Assembly: GCA_038871515.1 (NCBI GenBank)
Contig: JAVZHX010000001.1
Span: forward strand, 224,001 to 288,000
Direction: 5' to 3'
Source: Candidatus Micrarchaeia archaeon
Lineage (GTDB): Archaea; Micrarchaeota; Micrarchaeia; Burarchaeales; Fermentimicrarchaeaceae
Length of the DNA: 64,000 nucleotides
Part shown: one piece after another, positions 46,121 through 56,700 of the stretch
Layout: each line of letters opens with the position of its first letter
Position numbering within the stretch: position 1 is the first letter of the stretch
The notes under the pieces: generated by a model
Databases searched by the model: none
Told to the model about the DNA's origin: nothing
What the model saw: only the letters and a program-made list of their open reading frames with translations
Program-made: the position numbers and the translations under genes

Positions 46121-47437
46121 ATGTATTCCAAAAAAATTCAGGATAGGTTGAAATCACTTGGTGTTGAAGTTGGAGACACAGTTAAAGTGAAAAGAGGGGA
46201 GGAGGTTTATGAGGGAATATTGATGCCTAAAACCGAGCTTGGCGACCCAAACACAATTGTTATAAAACTCCAAAACGGCTACTCAATAGGTTTAAGCTTT
46301 GAGGGATTGGAAATTGAAAAGCTCGGGGGACATAGGAAAATAGGCTTCAAAAGCAGCGAGGAAAAAATGAAGCATGAGGCTGGAAAGCCAATTCTTTCAA
46401 TAATAAGCACAGGCGGAACAGTTGCCTCTAGAGTTGATTACACAACAGGAGGTGTTTACGCATCTTATACTGCAGCTGATTTGGTTGCAACTGTCCCTGA
46501 GCTGAAGCAGTTCAACATTGACTCAAAGCTGCTTTTTAGCATAATGAGCGAGGATATGACTCCGCAGCACTGGAGAGAGATGGCAAAGGAAGTTTATAAA
46601 CAATTAAAAGGTGAGGCAAGCGGTGTTGTTGTAACACACGGAACAGACACGATGCACTTCTCAACAGCTGCTCTTAGCTTCATGCTGAAAAATTTGAACA
46701 AGCCAGTTGTTTTCACTGGAGCGCAAAGATCAAGCGACAGGGGTTCAAGCGATTCTTTCATGAATCTGCTTTGTGCTGCCCACTTTGCAGCAAGAAGCGA
46801 TGTTGCGGAAGTTTCCCTTGTTATGCACGGCTCCTCCAATGATGACTTCTGCTATGCGCACAGAGGAACAAAGGTGAGAAAGCTGCACACTTCAAAGAGA
46901 GATGCGTTCAAAAGTGTGAATGATGAGCCAATTGCAAAAGTTTTTCCAAACGGAAGAATTGAGGTGATTAACAAAAACTACAGAAGAAGAAGCGACTCAG
47001 AGGTTTCTCTTGATGACAAGCTTGAGGAGAAAGTTGCCTTAATTAAAGTTTACCCTGGAATTAACCCAGAGATATTTGATTTTTATCTTGAAAGAAAGTT
47101 TAAGGGAATTGTGATTGAGGGAACTGGCTTGGGGCATGTGCCAACAACAATTGAAAAGTATTCACTAATACCAAAAATAAAAGAAGCGACAAAAAATGGA
47201 ATTCCTGTCTGCATAACCTCCCAGTGCATATTTGGAAGGGTGCATGAGTTCGTTTACGCAAATCTTAGGAAGGAGTATGAGGCAGGAGCAGTTTTCTGCG
47301 GTGACATGCTTCCAGAGGTTGCATATGTTAAGTTGATGTACGTTTTAGCTCATACAAAGGAATTGGAGGAAGTTAAGAAAATGATGTTAACCAACCTTGC
47401 TGGAGAGCTTAATGAAAAAACTCCGGTGTTTGAGTGA
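46121..47437 (+). CDS. gatD: Glu-tRNA(Gln) amidotransferase subunit D
   Basis: STGGTVASRVDY.TG, HGTDT, GAQRSSDR.SSD. Confidence 0.97.
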   Translation: MYSKKIQDRLKSLGVEVGDTVKVKRGEEVYEGILMPKTELGDPNTIVIKLQNGYSIGLSFEGLEIEKLGGHRKIGFKSSEEKMKHEAGKPILSIISTGGTVASRVDYTTGGVYASYTAADLVATVPELKQFNIDSKLLFSIMSEDMTPQHWREMAKEVYKQLKGEASGVVVTHGTDTMHFSTAALSFMLKNLNKPVVFTGAQRSSDRGSSDSFMNLLCAAHFAARSDVAEVSLVMHGSSNDDFCYAHRGTKVRKLHTSKRDAFKSVNDEPIAKVFPNGRIEVINKNYRRRSDSEVSLDDKLEEKVALIKVYPGINPEIFDFYLERKFKGIVIEGTGLGHVPTTIEKYSLIPKIKEATKNGIPVCITSQCIFGRVHEFVYANLRKEYEAGAVFCGDMLPEVAYVKLMYVLAHTKELEEVKKMMLTNLAGELNEKTPVFE

Positions 47438-49251
47438 AATGCGGGATTGAGATTCACCAGAGGCTTGCAACAGAGAAGAAGCTTTTCTGCAGCTGCTCAG
47501 CTCAGCCAAGCGAGGAGAAGCCGGCTGGGGAGGTTGTGAGAAAACAGATAGCGGTTGCAGGTGAGCTTGGGGAGGTTGACTTGGCTGCTCTGCACGAGTA
47601 CTCCCGTGACAGAACCTACCACTACCAACTATTCCCTGGAGCAACCTGCTTGGTTGAGCTTGATGAGGAGCCGCCTCATGAGATGAATAAGGAGGCTTTG
47701 GAAACCGCAATTGAGGTTTGCCTTCTTCTCAACTCAAAAGTGGTTGATGAAGTGCAGGTGATGAGGAAAACAGTTATAGATGGAAGCAATACCTCTGGCT
47801 TCCAGAGAACTGCGATAATTGGAATTGGTGGTTTTATTGAGACAAGCAAAGGAAAAGTTTGTATACAAACAGTTTGTCTTGAGGAGGAAAGCGCAGGGAT
47901 AGTTGCGGAGAGCAACGGACACATCACTTATAGATTAGACAGGCTGGGTATTCCTCTCATTGAAATTGCAACAGCTGCTGAGATAAAGGATGGGAAGCAC
48001 GCAAGGGAAGTTGCTGAGAGAATAGGGATGCTTCTCAGGATGACAGGCAAGGTGCAGAGGGGAATTGGAACGATAAGGCAGGATATAAACATATCAATAC
48101 CTGATGGAGCAAGGGTTGAGGTGAAGGGAGCGCAGGAGCTTGGGTTGATAGAGAAAATAATTGAGAAGGAAGTTGAGAGGCAGAGGAAACTTTTGGAGAT
48201 AAAGGAGGAGTTGAAAAGAAGGTTTGGAGAGATGAAACTTGAAAAACCTCATTTCATTGATTTGACTGAACTATTCAAAAATACGGACTGCAGGTTCGTA
48301 AGGAAAGCAGTTGATGAAGGAGGGGTTGTGCTTGCGATGAAGCTTGAAAAATTTGGCGGGTTGCTTGGGGAGGAGCTTTATGAGAACAGAAGGTTTGGAA
48401 CAGAATTAAGTGATTACGCTGTTGCAAAAGCAGGAGTTGGTGGGATAATTCACAGCGATGAGAAGCTTGAGAGGTATGGAATACGCGAAGAGGATGAAAA
48501 GAAGTTGAGAGGTAAGTTGAAAGCAGGGAAGGAAGATTCTTTTGTGATTGTTGTTGGGAAAAAGGAAATTTGTGAGAAAGCGCTTGAAGCAGTTTATGAA
48601 AGAGCGCTGAATGCATTTGAGGGACCACAGAAGGAGGTTAGAAAGGTTCTCCCAGATGGAGGGACTGCCTACATGAGGCCAATGCCCGGAAGCGCAAGGT
48701 TATACCCTGAGACAGATGTTCCCCCAATAAAAATAGAAAGGAAGTTAATTGAGAAAATAAAAGGAGAGCTTCCTGAAACTCCTGAGGAAAGAGAAAAGAA
48801 GCTTATGAAAATTCTGAACCCAGAGCTTGCAAGAAAGATAATTGTTTCTGAGAATTATCATTTATTTGAGAAAATTGTGAATGAGCTGAAAGTTGAGCCA
48901 AAGTTGGTTGCAATGACGCTGGAGGAAACAATTGTGAGCTTGAGAAGGGAGGGAGCACCTGTTGAGAATTTGAATGAGAATAAGTTGATGGAGCTGTTCA
49001 TTGAGTATAAATGCGGCAGATTTGTGAAAGCAGCAATACCAGAAATTTTGAGGTATATTTCAAAAAACTCAACTGAAAGTGTTTCATACGCAGTTGGAAA
49101 GTTGAAGCTTGAAAAGATGAGTGAGGAGGAGTTAAAAGGAATTATAGAGAAGAAGAAAAAGGAAGGGAAGAAAGGAAAGGAGTTGGTTGAGGAGATAATG
49201 AGGGAATACAGGTTAAGGGTTGATGCAGGGGAAGTTTCTAGATATATTTAA
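47434..49251 (+). CDS. gatE: Glu-tRNA(Gln) amidotransferase subunit E
   Basis: GIEIHQ, DGSNTSGFQRT, RGIGTIRQD, RPMPGSARLYPETD. Confidence 0.97.
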   Translation: MKCGIEIHQRLATEKKLFCSCSAQPSEEKPAGEVVRKQIAVAGELGEVDLAALHEYSRDRTYHYQLFPGATCLVELDEEPPHEMNKEALETAIEVCLLLNSKVVDEVQVMRKTVIDGSNTSGFQRTAIIGIGGFIETSKGKVCIQTVCLEEESAGIVAESNGHITYRLDRLGIPLIEIATAAEIKDGKHAREVAERIGMLLRMTGKVQRGIGTIRQDINISIPDGARVEVKGAQELGLIEKIIEKEVERQRKLLEIKEELKRRFGEMKLEKPHFIDLTELFKNTDCRFVRKAVDEGGVVLAMKLEKFGGLLGEELYENRRFGTELSDYAVAKAGVGGIIHSDEKLERYGIREEDEKKLRGKLKAGKEDSFVIVVGKKEICEKALEAVYERALNAFEGPQKEVRKVLPDGGTAYMRPMPGSARLYPETDVPPIKIERKLIEKIKGELPETPEEREKKLMKILNPELARKIIVSENYHLFEKIVNELKVEPKLVAMTLEETIVSLRREGAPVENLNENKLMELFIEYKCGRFVKAAIPEILRYISKNSTESVSYAVGKLKLEKMSEEELKGIIEKKKKEGKKGKELVEEIMREYRLRVDAGEVSRYI

Positions 49252-49917
49252 TCACTCCACTGCTTTCAGAAACTCAACTGCTATTTTTCTAACTTCTTCT
49301 GTGCTCTTTATTCCCTTCCACGGGTCATCTGGCTCAACCACATTGACAACAACTATATCCGCCCCATTGAAAACAGCACTCTGAGCTTCTCTTAAATCAA
49401 CTCCCCCAGCCGCAGATATCAAAACATCAAACTTGCTCTTTATCCTCCTTATGTGTCTGTACTGTATCACTTTTCCTCTCACCGTCTCCTCATCCCTCCC
49501 CAGGTGCAGTATAACAACGTCTGGCGGTTGCCTTAGCTGCATAAGCACTTTCAACGGATCAACCACATTCAGCATGTCTATCATTGAGATTAAACCATAC
49601 TGCTTGCACGTTTTTATGAAAAGCTCAATTGTTTCTTTGGAAGCTGCGCCGAGCACTGTTGCTCCCTTTGCCCCTGCGCTCGCAACCTCCTGAACTTCCT
49701 CCAGAGCGCCATCCATTGTCTTTATATCCGCAACCACTATGCCTGGCCACCTGCTCACAATATAATAAATTCCCTCCTGCCCCTCCCTTTTTATGAAAGG
49801 AGTTCCAGCTTCAATTATTATTCTTTCATTAAAAGGAATTTGAGGGAGAATTCTGTTCACATCACGCACATTATCGTTGAACGCTATCTGCAAGTAGCGT
49901 TTCCCTTTTTCAAGCAT
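49252..49917 (-). CDS. OMP decarboxylase/3-hexulose-6-phosphate synthase family TIM-barrel protein
   Basis: LQIAF, IEAGTP, ADIKTMDG, HLGRD, AGG, GADIVVV. Confidence 0.82.
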   Translation of the reverse strand: MLEKGKRYLQIAFNDNVRDVNRILPQIPFNERIIIEAGTPFIKREGQEGIYYIVSRWPGIVVADIKTMDGALEEVQEVASAGAKGATVLGAASKETIELFIKTCKQYGLISMIDMLNVVDPLKVLMQLRQPPDVVILHLGRDEETVRGKVIQYRHIRRIKSKFDVLISAAGGVDLREAQSAVFNGADIVVVNVVEPDDPWKGIKSTEEVRKIAVEFLKAVE

Positions 49918-49930
49918 GCTACCAACTGCG

Positions 49931-50686
49931 TTATTTCAGCTTCTCTATAAGCCCCTTCAGCTCGGTTGGAAGGAAAATCACTATTTTTTCAGATGGGTCT
50001 GCAGCTATCTCCGCAATCGTCTGCAGTGTTCTCAGATGCAACGCTCCCTCGCTCTTTGAAAGGTTTTCTGCTGCTTTCATAAGGTTCTTTGAGGCAGCCA
50101 GCTCTCCCTCTGACTTGATAACAGTTGCCCTCCTATCTCTCTCTGCCTCTGCCTGCTTTGCCATCGCCCTCTTCATTTCAGCAGGAAGCTCAATCTCCTG
50201 TATCTTTATTGCAGAAATATCCACTCCCCACTCAGAAGTTTCTGCATCAACAATCTTCTTTATGCTCTCCGCTATCTGCTCCCTCTGCGTGAGAACAACG
50301 TCAAGCTCGCTGTTACCAACAACATCTCTTAACGCAGCTTGCGTGTACTGGGAAACTGCAAAGTGGTAATCCTCTATTTTAATCACCGCATCCTCTGGCT
50401 TCTCAACCCTGAAGTAGACAACTGTGTTTGCCATTATTGGCACATTATCCTTCGTAATTATCTCCTGCTTCGGCACATCTGTTGTGGTTATTCTCATATC
50501 CACTATGCGTATTTCCTGTATTATTGGTATAATCACGGTTAAACCGGGCTCTCTGACTCCGCTGAACTTACCCAAAGTGAAAACAACCCCTCGCTGGTAC
50601 TCATATATCACTCTCACAGCGGTGATGAGAAACACCGCAACCAGGAATATGCCACCGCATATTATCCCAAACAAGTCTGCTGCCAT
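49931..50686 (-). CDS. SPFH/stomatin (slipin) family protein
   Basis: EYQRGVVF.LG, ITKDNV, QAEAER.RRA, LRTLQT. Confidence 0.93.
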   Translation of the reverse strand: MAADLFGIICGGIFLVAVFLITAVRVIYEYQRGVVFTLGKFSGVREPGLTVIIPIIQEIRIVDMRITTTDVPKQEIITKDNVPIMANTVVYFRVEKPEDAVIKIEDYHFAVSQYTQAALRDVVGNSELDVVLTQREQIAESIKKIVDAETSEWGVDISAIKIQEIELPAEMKRAMAKQAEAERDRRATVIKSEGELAASKNLMKAAENLSKSEGALHLRTLQTIAEIAADPSEKIVIFLPTELKGLIEKLK

Positions 50687-50776
50687 GCTTCACAATAACG
50701 CAGTTCGTATATTAAAAAATATCGTTCAAAAGGAAAATAATGTATGTAAGATAAAGGAAATGCATTGGGTGATTGA

Positions 50777-51706
50777 GTGAATTTTAAAAGTATTATAAAA
50801 ACTTCATTAATACCATTCGGGGTGCTAATTGGTCTTTATCTTATAGATTCTTTTTTGGGGTTGATTATAAAAGATAAACAAGGTGCTTTAGTTGACTCCC
50901 TAGATTTTGTGAGTATGGTAATAGCCATAGGCATCTACCCAATTACGGGTTATATAGTAGTTAAGAAATTTAGGTTGGACATTGCGAGCGCAGCATTAGG
51001 TGTTGCGATAGGTGCGTTTCTGGGAATTTCAGTTAGCACCGTAATTCACCTTATCCTCACTCTTGGGTTGGGCATACCGGCAGTTGGCTTGAAACCATCT
51101 GCCTATGCACTATACCCCAATGCTGGAGTTAAGGAAATAACTGACTATGTCCTATTTGAAGCGCTGGACACGGCTTTTACAACAGTAGTCGGGGCGGTAT
51201 TGGCAGCGATAGGAGCGGCTGTTGCAAAGGCTCTGGGAGCTAGCACTTCAGAAAAAAGCTTCGTTTTTGGTGCTGCAATACTCCCAATTTGCGCATTGGT
51301 GGTTGTTTTCACAATAAAGGAACTCTTTAGCCTGCTTTTTCACAAATTCGCAATTCTGCTGTGTTTCGGAGAGATTGCGATGTGGTGGATAAACATTGTA
51401 GTTTATGTATGGACAGGTTATAACGCAGCCAAGAAATTTGGAGCGAATATTATTTCGGCAGCGTTTACTGGAACGGTGGTTGGTTTCATCGCAACTTCAA
51501 TTGACGGGATAATCCGTCTTGTGTTGATTTACGCCCTTCTGGTGATGATGGGGCCTTCGCCATTTGCGCAAGAGGTCGTTGGGATTACTGGAGAGATGAC
51601 GCTGTTCTTCTTTGTTGGGGTTTCGATAGCAGTGATTATAATGTCTGCAGTAGGAACCGTGCTTGCTGCCATAGGTGGAGTGCTAGGTGGCGCAATGAGA
51701 AAATAA
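50777..51706 (+). CDS. Hypothetical polytopic membrane protein with internal duplication
   Basis: Two TGY...KKF....SAA...G repeats. Confidence 0.7.
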   Translation: MNFKSIIKTSLIPFGVLIGLYLIDSFLGLIIKDKQGALVDSLDFVSMVIAIGIYPITGYIVVKKFRLDIASAALGVAIGAFLGISVSTVIHLILTLGLGIPAVGLKPSAYALYPNAGVKEITDYVLFEALDTAFTTVVGAVLAAIGAAVAKALGASTSEKSFVFGAAILPICALVVVFTIKELFSLLFHKFAILLCFGEIAMWWINIVVYVWTGYNAAKKFGANIISAAFTGTVVGFIATSIDGIIRLVLIYALLVMMGPSPFAQEVVGITGEMTLFFFVGVSIAVIIMSAVGTVLAAIGGVLGGAMRK

Positions 51707-51748
51707 TGTGTTCAAAAGTCGTTTTAAAGAAACAAATTAATACTCCGG

Positions 51749-52324
51749 ATGAGTTTTACTTGTATGGGATATGAGGAAACAGAGTGGCAGCCACCCCTCA
51801 GCGTCCTTCTTAAGGACCCTTCTGGCTTGCTGCAAGCTCTGATTGGTGTGGCAGTTGTTATCATGTTACTGGACACTGCATTTCCAAGCGATGTTTGGCG
51901 GGGGTACATGTGGTGGCTCCTTCCACCCCTTATATTACTTTTTGTTTTCTGTCTTCTGAGGCAGTATTTGTTTAGGGGAATTGGAAGTCCAATTGGCGCT
52001 TGGATTTTGGAGAATATCAGATGCCCAGCGTGCAATGGAAAGTTGGGAAGCTATGTGCTTGGTGAACCAGCATACATGTCTTCTAGACAGTCCGGTACTA
52101 GATACACGGCACAATGCGGAAACTGCAAGAAGAAATTTGTATTTGGCTGGACGTTGATTGCACCAAATATTTATCTAATTGGAGAGGTTGACGAGAAAAT
52201 GGAGAGGGAGTATGTTGAGGAGATGAAGAAGGCAAGAAATGTTGGGTTGATTATTATACTGATATTTCTCGGGCTGATTATAATTGCATTCGTGTATTTT
52301 GTTCTAAGATACTTGATTACTTGA
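51749..52324 (+). CDS. Membrane protein with Zn ribbon (2TM-CxxC..CxxC-TM)
   Basis: RCPACNG...QCGNCKK; paralog of 45454-45942. Confidence 0.75.
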   Translation: MSFTCMGYEETEWQPPLSVLLKDPSGLLQALIGVAVVIMLLDTAFPSDVWRGYMWWLLPPLILLFVFCLLRQYLFRGIGSPIGAWILENIRCPACNGKLGSYVLGEPAYMSSRQSGTRYTAQCGNCKKKFVFGWTLIAPNIYLIGEVDEKMEREYVEEMKKARNVGLIIILIFLGLIIIAFVYFVLRYLIT

Positions 52325-52330
52325 TAAGGA

Positions 52331-52404
52331 CGCCCCCACTGGGATTCGAACCCAGGACTCCGGCTCCGCAAGCCAGCATTTTATCCAGGCTAGACTATGG
52401 GGGC
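52331..52404 (-). tRNA. tRNA-Arg(GCG), no intron
   Basis: GCCCCCA/TGGGGGC; CTGGC-TTGCGGA-GCCGG. Confidence 0.95.
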
Positions 52405-52457
52405 TTGAAAATGGGTTATTTATACTTTACCCCATAAAACAATTAAAAGTGATGCAT

Positions 52458-52613
52458 ATGATGAAAATTTGCAGTTCGTGCGGCAAGCAAACCCGAGTGT
52501 ATGCCGAGTTTCCCTGCCCGCACTGCGGAGAAGGGATAATAGTGAGGTGCCCCCACTGCAGGGAAGTGAGCAACACATATAGATGCGATAAGTGCGGCAA
52601 GGAAGGGCCGTAG
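52458..52613 (+). CDS. Small zinc-ribbon protein (DUF1610/COG2888), 51 aa, not in the ORF track
   Basis: MMKICSSCG...FPCPHCGE..I.RC..CR...Y.C..CG.EGP; conserved position upstream of EF-1beta. Confidence 0.9.
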   Translation: MMKICSSCGKQTRVYAEFPCPHCGEGIIVRCPHCREVSNTYRCDKCGKEGP

Positions 52614-52621
52614 GTGATTGG

Positions 52622-52867
52622 ATGGGAGAGGTTGCAGTTGTTGCAAAAGTATTTCCGGATTCTATGGAAGTTTTTGATGAGCTGAAAGAGAATATAAAGA
52701 AAAAAGTAAACCCATACAAACTTGAGGAGGAGGAAATTGCTTTCGGAATGAAAGCGCTGAGAGTAACTGTTATTGTTAAGGATGCTGGCGGAGAAGACGT
52801 TGAGGAAAAGCTGAAAAGTTTAAAAGGAGTCAGCGAGGTTCAAATTGAGGAAGTTGGAAGAATCTAG
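52622..52867 (+). CDS. ef1b: Elongation factor 1-beta
   Basis: KVFPDS, EEIAFGMKAL, VSEV. Confidence 0.92.
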   Translation: MGEVAVVAKVFPDSMEVFDELKENIKKKVNPYKLEEEEIAFGMKALRVTVIVKDAGGEDVEEKLKSLKGVSEVQIEEVGRI

Positions 52868-53334
52868 CGCTTCACCATCTCCCTTATAACTTCCAATTTT
52901 CTGTTTATTTTCTCCCAGTGAGAGCCCTCCCAAAAAACCTTCTTGCACTCCCTGCACATCCAGAAAACCTCATGCTTTGCAACTATCTCCTCAGGAACTG
53001 TTTTTTTAACCTCCTTCCTTCCAACCTGTTTTAGCGTTCCATTGCACAGAGGGCAGAAAACAGTTGATGGTGCGTTTGACAAATTTATTTTGAACCTTCT
53101 GACAAGAAGCGCAAGCTGCTCATCTGTTTCCCTTCGTGGCATGAGAAAAACTCTCACCCCCTGCTTCCTTGCTCGCTTGCACAAATCAGAATCCATTGTA
53201 AGCAGAATTTTGTTTTTTTCCTTTGCAAACTCAATTATTTTATCATCATCAACAGAAGGAGGGTAAAGAACCTCCACTCCAAGCAATCTTAACCACCTTG
53301 CAAGCTTCTTCAGCATCACATCCGCAACGAACAT
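52864..53334 (-). CDS. Mut7-C PIN-like RNase domain protein (DUF82)
   Basis: DVML.KLARWLRLLG, LLT.D, CPLCN..L, C..C.K..WEGSHW. Confidence 0.9.
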   Translation of the reverse strand: MFVADVMLKKLARWLRLLGVEVLYPPSVDDDKIIEFAKEKNKILLTMDSDLCKRARKQGVRVFLMPRRETDEQLALLVRRFKINLSNAPSTVFCPLCNGTLKQVGRKEVKKTVPEEIVAKHEVFWMCRECKKVFWEGSHWEKINRKLEVIREMVKR

Positions 53335-53369
53335 ACATTCTTTTTAGTGTTAGTATTAAAAATAAATAC

Positions 53370-55637
53370 ATGATAGAAAAGCTCTGGCTGCGCAACTGGA
53401 AGTCGCACCAGGAAAGCTATTTTGAGTTTGGAAAGGGCACCAACCTGCTTGTTGGGCCGATGGGAAGCGGGAAAAGCACAGTGCTTGACGCTTTATGCTT
53501 TGCGCTTTTTGGAAGCTTCCCTGCTTTACAGCACAAGAGAGTTAAATTATCTGAAATTATAATGAGCAGGCCTGTTAAGGAGAAGGAAGCAGAGGTGAAG
53601 GTGGAGCTTGTTTGGGATGGGGTGAGGTATAGAATTGAGAGGAAAATCAGCTTGGATGGAAAAACAGAAGCAAGGATAAGCAGGGATGGAAAGCTTATTC
53701 AGGGACCACAGCCACAGAGGGTGAATGAGGAAGTTGAAAGGCTGCTTGGAGTTGACTATGATGTTTTCACAAGAGTTGTTTACTCAGAGCAGAACAGAAT
53801 AGATTACTTTTTAACTTTGGGAAAAGGAGATAGAAAAACTCAAATTGATGAGCTTCTTGGGATAAGCAAGTTTGAAAACATGAGAACCAACCTCAGCACA
53901 ATGCTCAACAAACTGAGAGATATGAAAGAGAGCAGAAGCGAGCTTCTGAAAAATATGGATATTGAGAGAATAAAGAAGGAAGAAGCAGATGCGGAGGAGG
54001 AAGCTGAGAAAATGAAAAGAGAGCTGAGTGAACTGGAAAGCAGGGAGAGGGAGCTTGAAAAAACAAAAGAGGAGGCGGAGAAGGAGCTTGAAAAATTTGA
54101 GGAGCTGGAGAGGGAGCACACGGCTCTCAGTGAAAAAAGAAGTGGGTTGACAAGAACAATTAGTGAGCTTGAGAGAGATGTTGAGAGGAAAACTGAGCTA
54201 CTCAAAACAGAGAAAATTGAATTTGAAGAGAAGGAGTTAAGGAATTTGGAGAGGTTGTTGGAGGAGAAGAGGAAGGTTGTTGCGCGTTACACAAAGGAGA
54301 TTGGTTCGTTGAGCGAAAGATTGAAAGTTGTTGAGGAGGAGGTTGAGGAGAGAAAGGAACTGGAGGAAAAATTGAGCAAAGAGAGAAGAGAGGGAGTTGA
54401 AAAGAAAAAAGAGAGTATTGAGAGGGAGTTGAGCGAAGTTAAGGGAAGTTTGAATTTTTCAAAGAGAAGAATTTCTGAGCTTGATGAAGTTATTGGTGAG
54501 TTAAGCAAAAAGTTAACCAAATGCCCTGTTTGTGAAACTCTTTTGAGTGAGGAGAGAAGAGTGGAGCTGCTGAGGAGAAGGGAGAAGGAGAGGGAGGAGG
54601 AGTTATCAAAAATATCTGAGCTGGAAGCGAAAATTCAGGAGGGAAGCAAGGAGCTTGAAGAAGTTGCAAAGAAGTTGAAAATGTTAATTGAAGTTGAGGA
54701 GAGGTTGGGCAAGCTTAGGGATGAGAGGGAGCTTGAGAAACTGAAAGTTGTTTTGAGGGAGAGCGAGGAGAAGTTAAGAAAAGAGGAGGACGAGTTAAAG
54801 GAGCTTGAGAGAAAGGAGAAGATGATGAGAACGGCAAGCGAGGTAAATGATACAAAAAGGCGGATAAATGAATTGAAGAAGGAAGTTGAGGAAATTGAGG
54901 ATAAAATTGAGAAGCTTGGGTTTGACAGAAAAGCTATGGAGGAGAGAAGGGAAATTGTTAAGAAGCTCAGCGTGGAGCACAGCAGAATTGCTGAGAGAGT
55001 TGAGGGAGTGAGGAAGGAGTTGAAGAGAGTTGAGGAAATGGTGAAAGTGAAAAAGGAGGAGAGGGAGAGGTATGAGAAGCTTGAGATGGAAGTGAAGAAG
55101 TACGATGAAATTTATGGTAAGCTAGTTGTTTTTCAGAATGCAGTTCAAGAAACTCAGAAGGAGCTGAGGGAGGAGCTTGTTGAGGCAATAAACTCAGTTA
55201 TGGGAAGCATATGGAGCATAATCTACCCATACGGTGATTATAAAGGAGTAAGACTGAGCATAGAAGAAAACGACTATGAGTTGCAGCTTAACGCAGATGG
55301 GGTTTGGGTGAGCGTTGACGGAGTTGCAAGCGGTGGTGAGAGGACAAGCGCAACCATTGCGATGAGAATTGCGTTTGCGATGGTGCTTGTTCCAAATTTG
55401 GGATGGCTGATACTTGATGAGCCAACGCATAATTTAGATGAGGAGGGGAGAAAAGCGCTTGGGGCAGTTTTAAGCGAGCATGCGCCGAAAATAGTTGGGC
55501 AGATTTTTGTTATAACTCATGATGAGGGTTTGAAGGATGCGATGAGCGGAAGGGTATACCGCCTGTGGAGGGATAAGGAGAGAAGTGGGCCTACCCAAAT
55601 TGAGGAGGTAAATATTTTAAATACCACGCAACAATAA
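53370..55637 (+). CDS. rad50: Rad50 SMC-like ATPase
   Basis: Walker A GPMGSGKST, coiled coil with CPVC zinc hook, SGGE, LILDEPT. Confidence 0.9.
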   Translation: MIEKLWLRNWKSHQESYFEFGKGTNLLVGPMGSGKSTVLDALCFALFGSFPALQHKRVKLSEIIMSRPVKEKEAEVKVELVWDGVRYRIERKISLDGKTEARISRDGKLIQGPQPQRVNEEVERLLGVDYDVFTRVVYSEQNRIDYFLTLGKGDRKTQIDELLGISKFENMRTNLSTMLNKLRDMKESRSELLKNMDIERIKKEEADAEEEAEKMKRELSELESRERELEKTKEEAEKELEKFEELEREHTALSEKRSGLTRTISELERDVERKTELLKTEKIEFEEKELRNLERLLEEKRKVVARYTKEIGSLSERLKVVEEEVEERKELEEKLSKERREGVEKKKESIERELSEVKGSLNFSKRRISELDEVIGELSKKLTKCPVCETLLSEERRVELLRRREKEREEELSKISELEAKIQEGSKELEEVAKKLKMLIEVEERLGKLRDERELEKLKVVLRESEEKLRKEEDELKELERKEKMMRTASEVNDTKRRINELKKEVEEIEDKIEKLGFDRKAMEERREIVKKLSVEHSRIAERVEGVRKELKRVEEMVKVKKEERERYEKLEMEVKKYDEIYGKLVVFQNAVQETQKELREELVEAINSVMGSIWSIIYPYGDYKGVRLSIEENDYELQLNADGVWVSVDGVASGGERTSATIAMRIAFAMVLVPNLGWLILDEPTHNLDEEGRKALGAVLSEHAPKIVGQIFVITHDEGLKDAMSGRVYRLWRDKERSGPTQIEEVNILNTTQQ

Positions 55638-55664
55638 CTTTTCATTAAAAAATGGTGGGGAAGA

Positions 55665-55961
55665 ATGGAGGAAGAAAAGCAGTTGGAGCTTCTGAAAAAC
55701 TCGGGAATTCTGTCTGAATTCGTGCAGAGCACTGGTGGGAACTGGAAGCATGAGGATTGGGAGAAGCTACTTGAGAGAGTGAGAGGGGAGAATATAACCC
55801 TCCCGCCGGAAGTGATTGGAACGCTGCTGGAAGCTGAGAGAGTTGCGTATATGGAGAAGTTAAGCAAGAGTGAGGGTGAAACTGCGGTGAATTTTGAGAA
55901 ACTGACACTCAGAAAAAGAAGGAGGTATTTTGAGGAGGAAATTAAGAGGAGGATGAGGTGA
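55665..55961 (+). CDS. Hypothetical protein
   Basis: 98-aa ORF with SD, host-like composition. Confidence 0.6.
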   Translation: MEEEKQLELLKNSGILSEFVQSTGGNWKHEDWEKLLERVRGENITLPPEVIGTLLEAERVAYMEKLSKSEGETAVNFEKLTLRKRRRYFEEEIKRRMR

Positions 55962-55965
55962 GGGA

Positions 55966-56700
55966 GTGATTATAACTGTTGCTTCTGGAAAGGGAGGAGT
56001 TGGGAAGAGCAATTTGGTTGCAAACCTGGGTTTGTGCCTTGCTGACTTTGGAGTGGATACGCTTATTTTTGACGGCAATCTAACCAACGGAGATTTATCA
56101 TGCATCCTCGGCCCTCCGTTCCCAGAGAGAACAATACAGGATGTTTTTTCAGATGGGATTAACTTCAACGATGTTATTTTCACCCACCCTGCAGGAGTTA
56201 AAATGATTGCATCAAGCCTTTCGCTGGATGACATTGAAGCAGTCTCACCGCAGAACTTATGGAGGATACGCACCCAGCTGAGCAGGTCTGCGGACATTGT
56301 GCTTGTTGATGCGCCAGGAACGCTTGGAGGAAACACGCTTGAAGCGCTCAGAATAGCTGACAGAGTTATACTTATAACAACTCCTGAAATTACCTCTTTT
56401 TCAAACACGCTGAAAACAAAAATGGTTGCTGAGAGGAATGGAATAGAGATTTTTGGAACAGTGCTGAACAAAGTGAGGAAAAATGAGAAGGGAGTGAGAA
56501 GGCTTGCGAAGGAGTGGCTTGGAACGACTTTGCTGTGCAGCCTTCCTTATGACAACAATGTGATAAAATCATCTGAATACGGAAGGCCGGTTCTAAGACA
56601 CAAGCCAAGAAGCCCGTACAGCATTGGGATAAGGAAGTTTGGAGCGAAGCTTGCAAACGTAACCTACAAACCAGGCAGAAAATCAAGGAAGCGCCGCTAG
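55966..56700 (+). CDS. minD: MinD/ParA family ATPase
   Basis: SGKGGVGKS, DAPG, TTPE, VLNK. Confidence 0.85.
   Translation: MIITVASGKGGVGKSNLVANLGLCLADFGVDTLIFDGNLTNGDLSCILGPPFPERTIQDVFSDGINFNDVIFTHPAGVKMIASSLSLDDIEAVSPQNLWRIRTQLSRSADIVLVDAPGTLGGNTLEALRIADRVILITTPEITSFSNTLKTKMVAERNGIEIFGTVLNKVRKNEKGVRRLAKEWLGTTLLCSLPYDNNVIKSSEYGRPVLRHKPRSPYSIGIRKFGAKLANVTYKPGRKSRKRR

Noticed and set aside
53900..55200. GAG/GAA-rich low-complexity stretch as a repeat array
   Set aside because: Explained by the Rad50 coiled coil.
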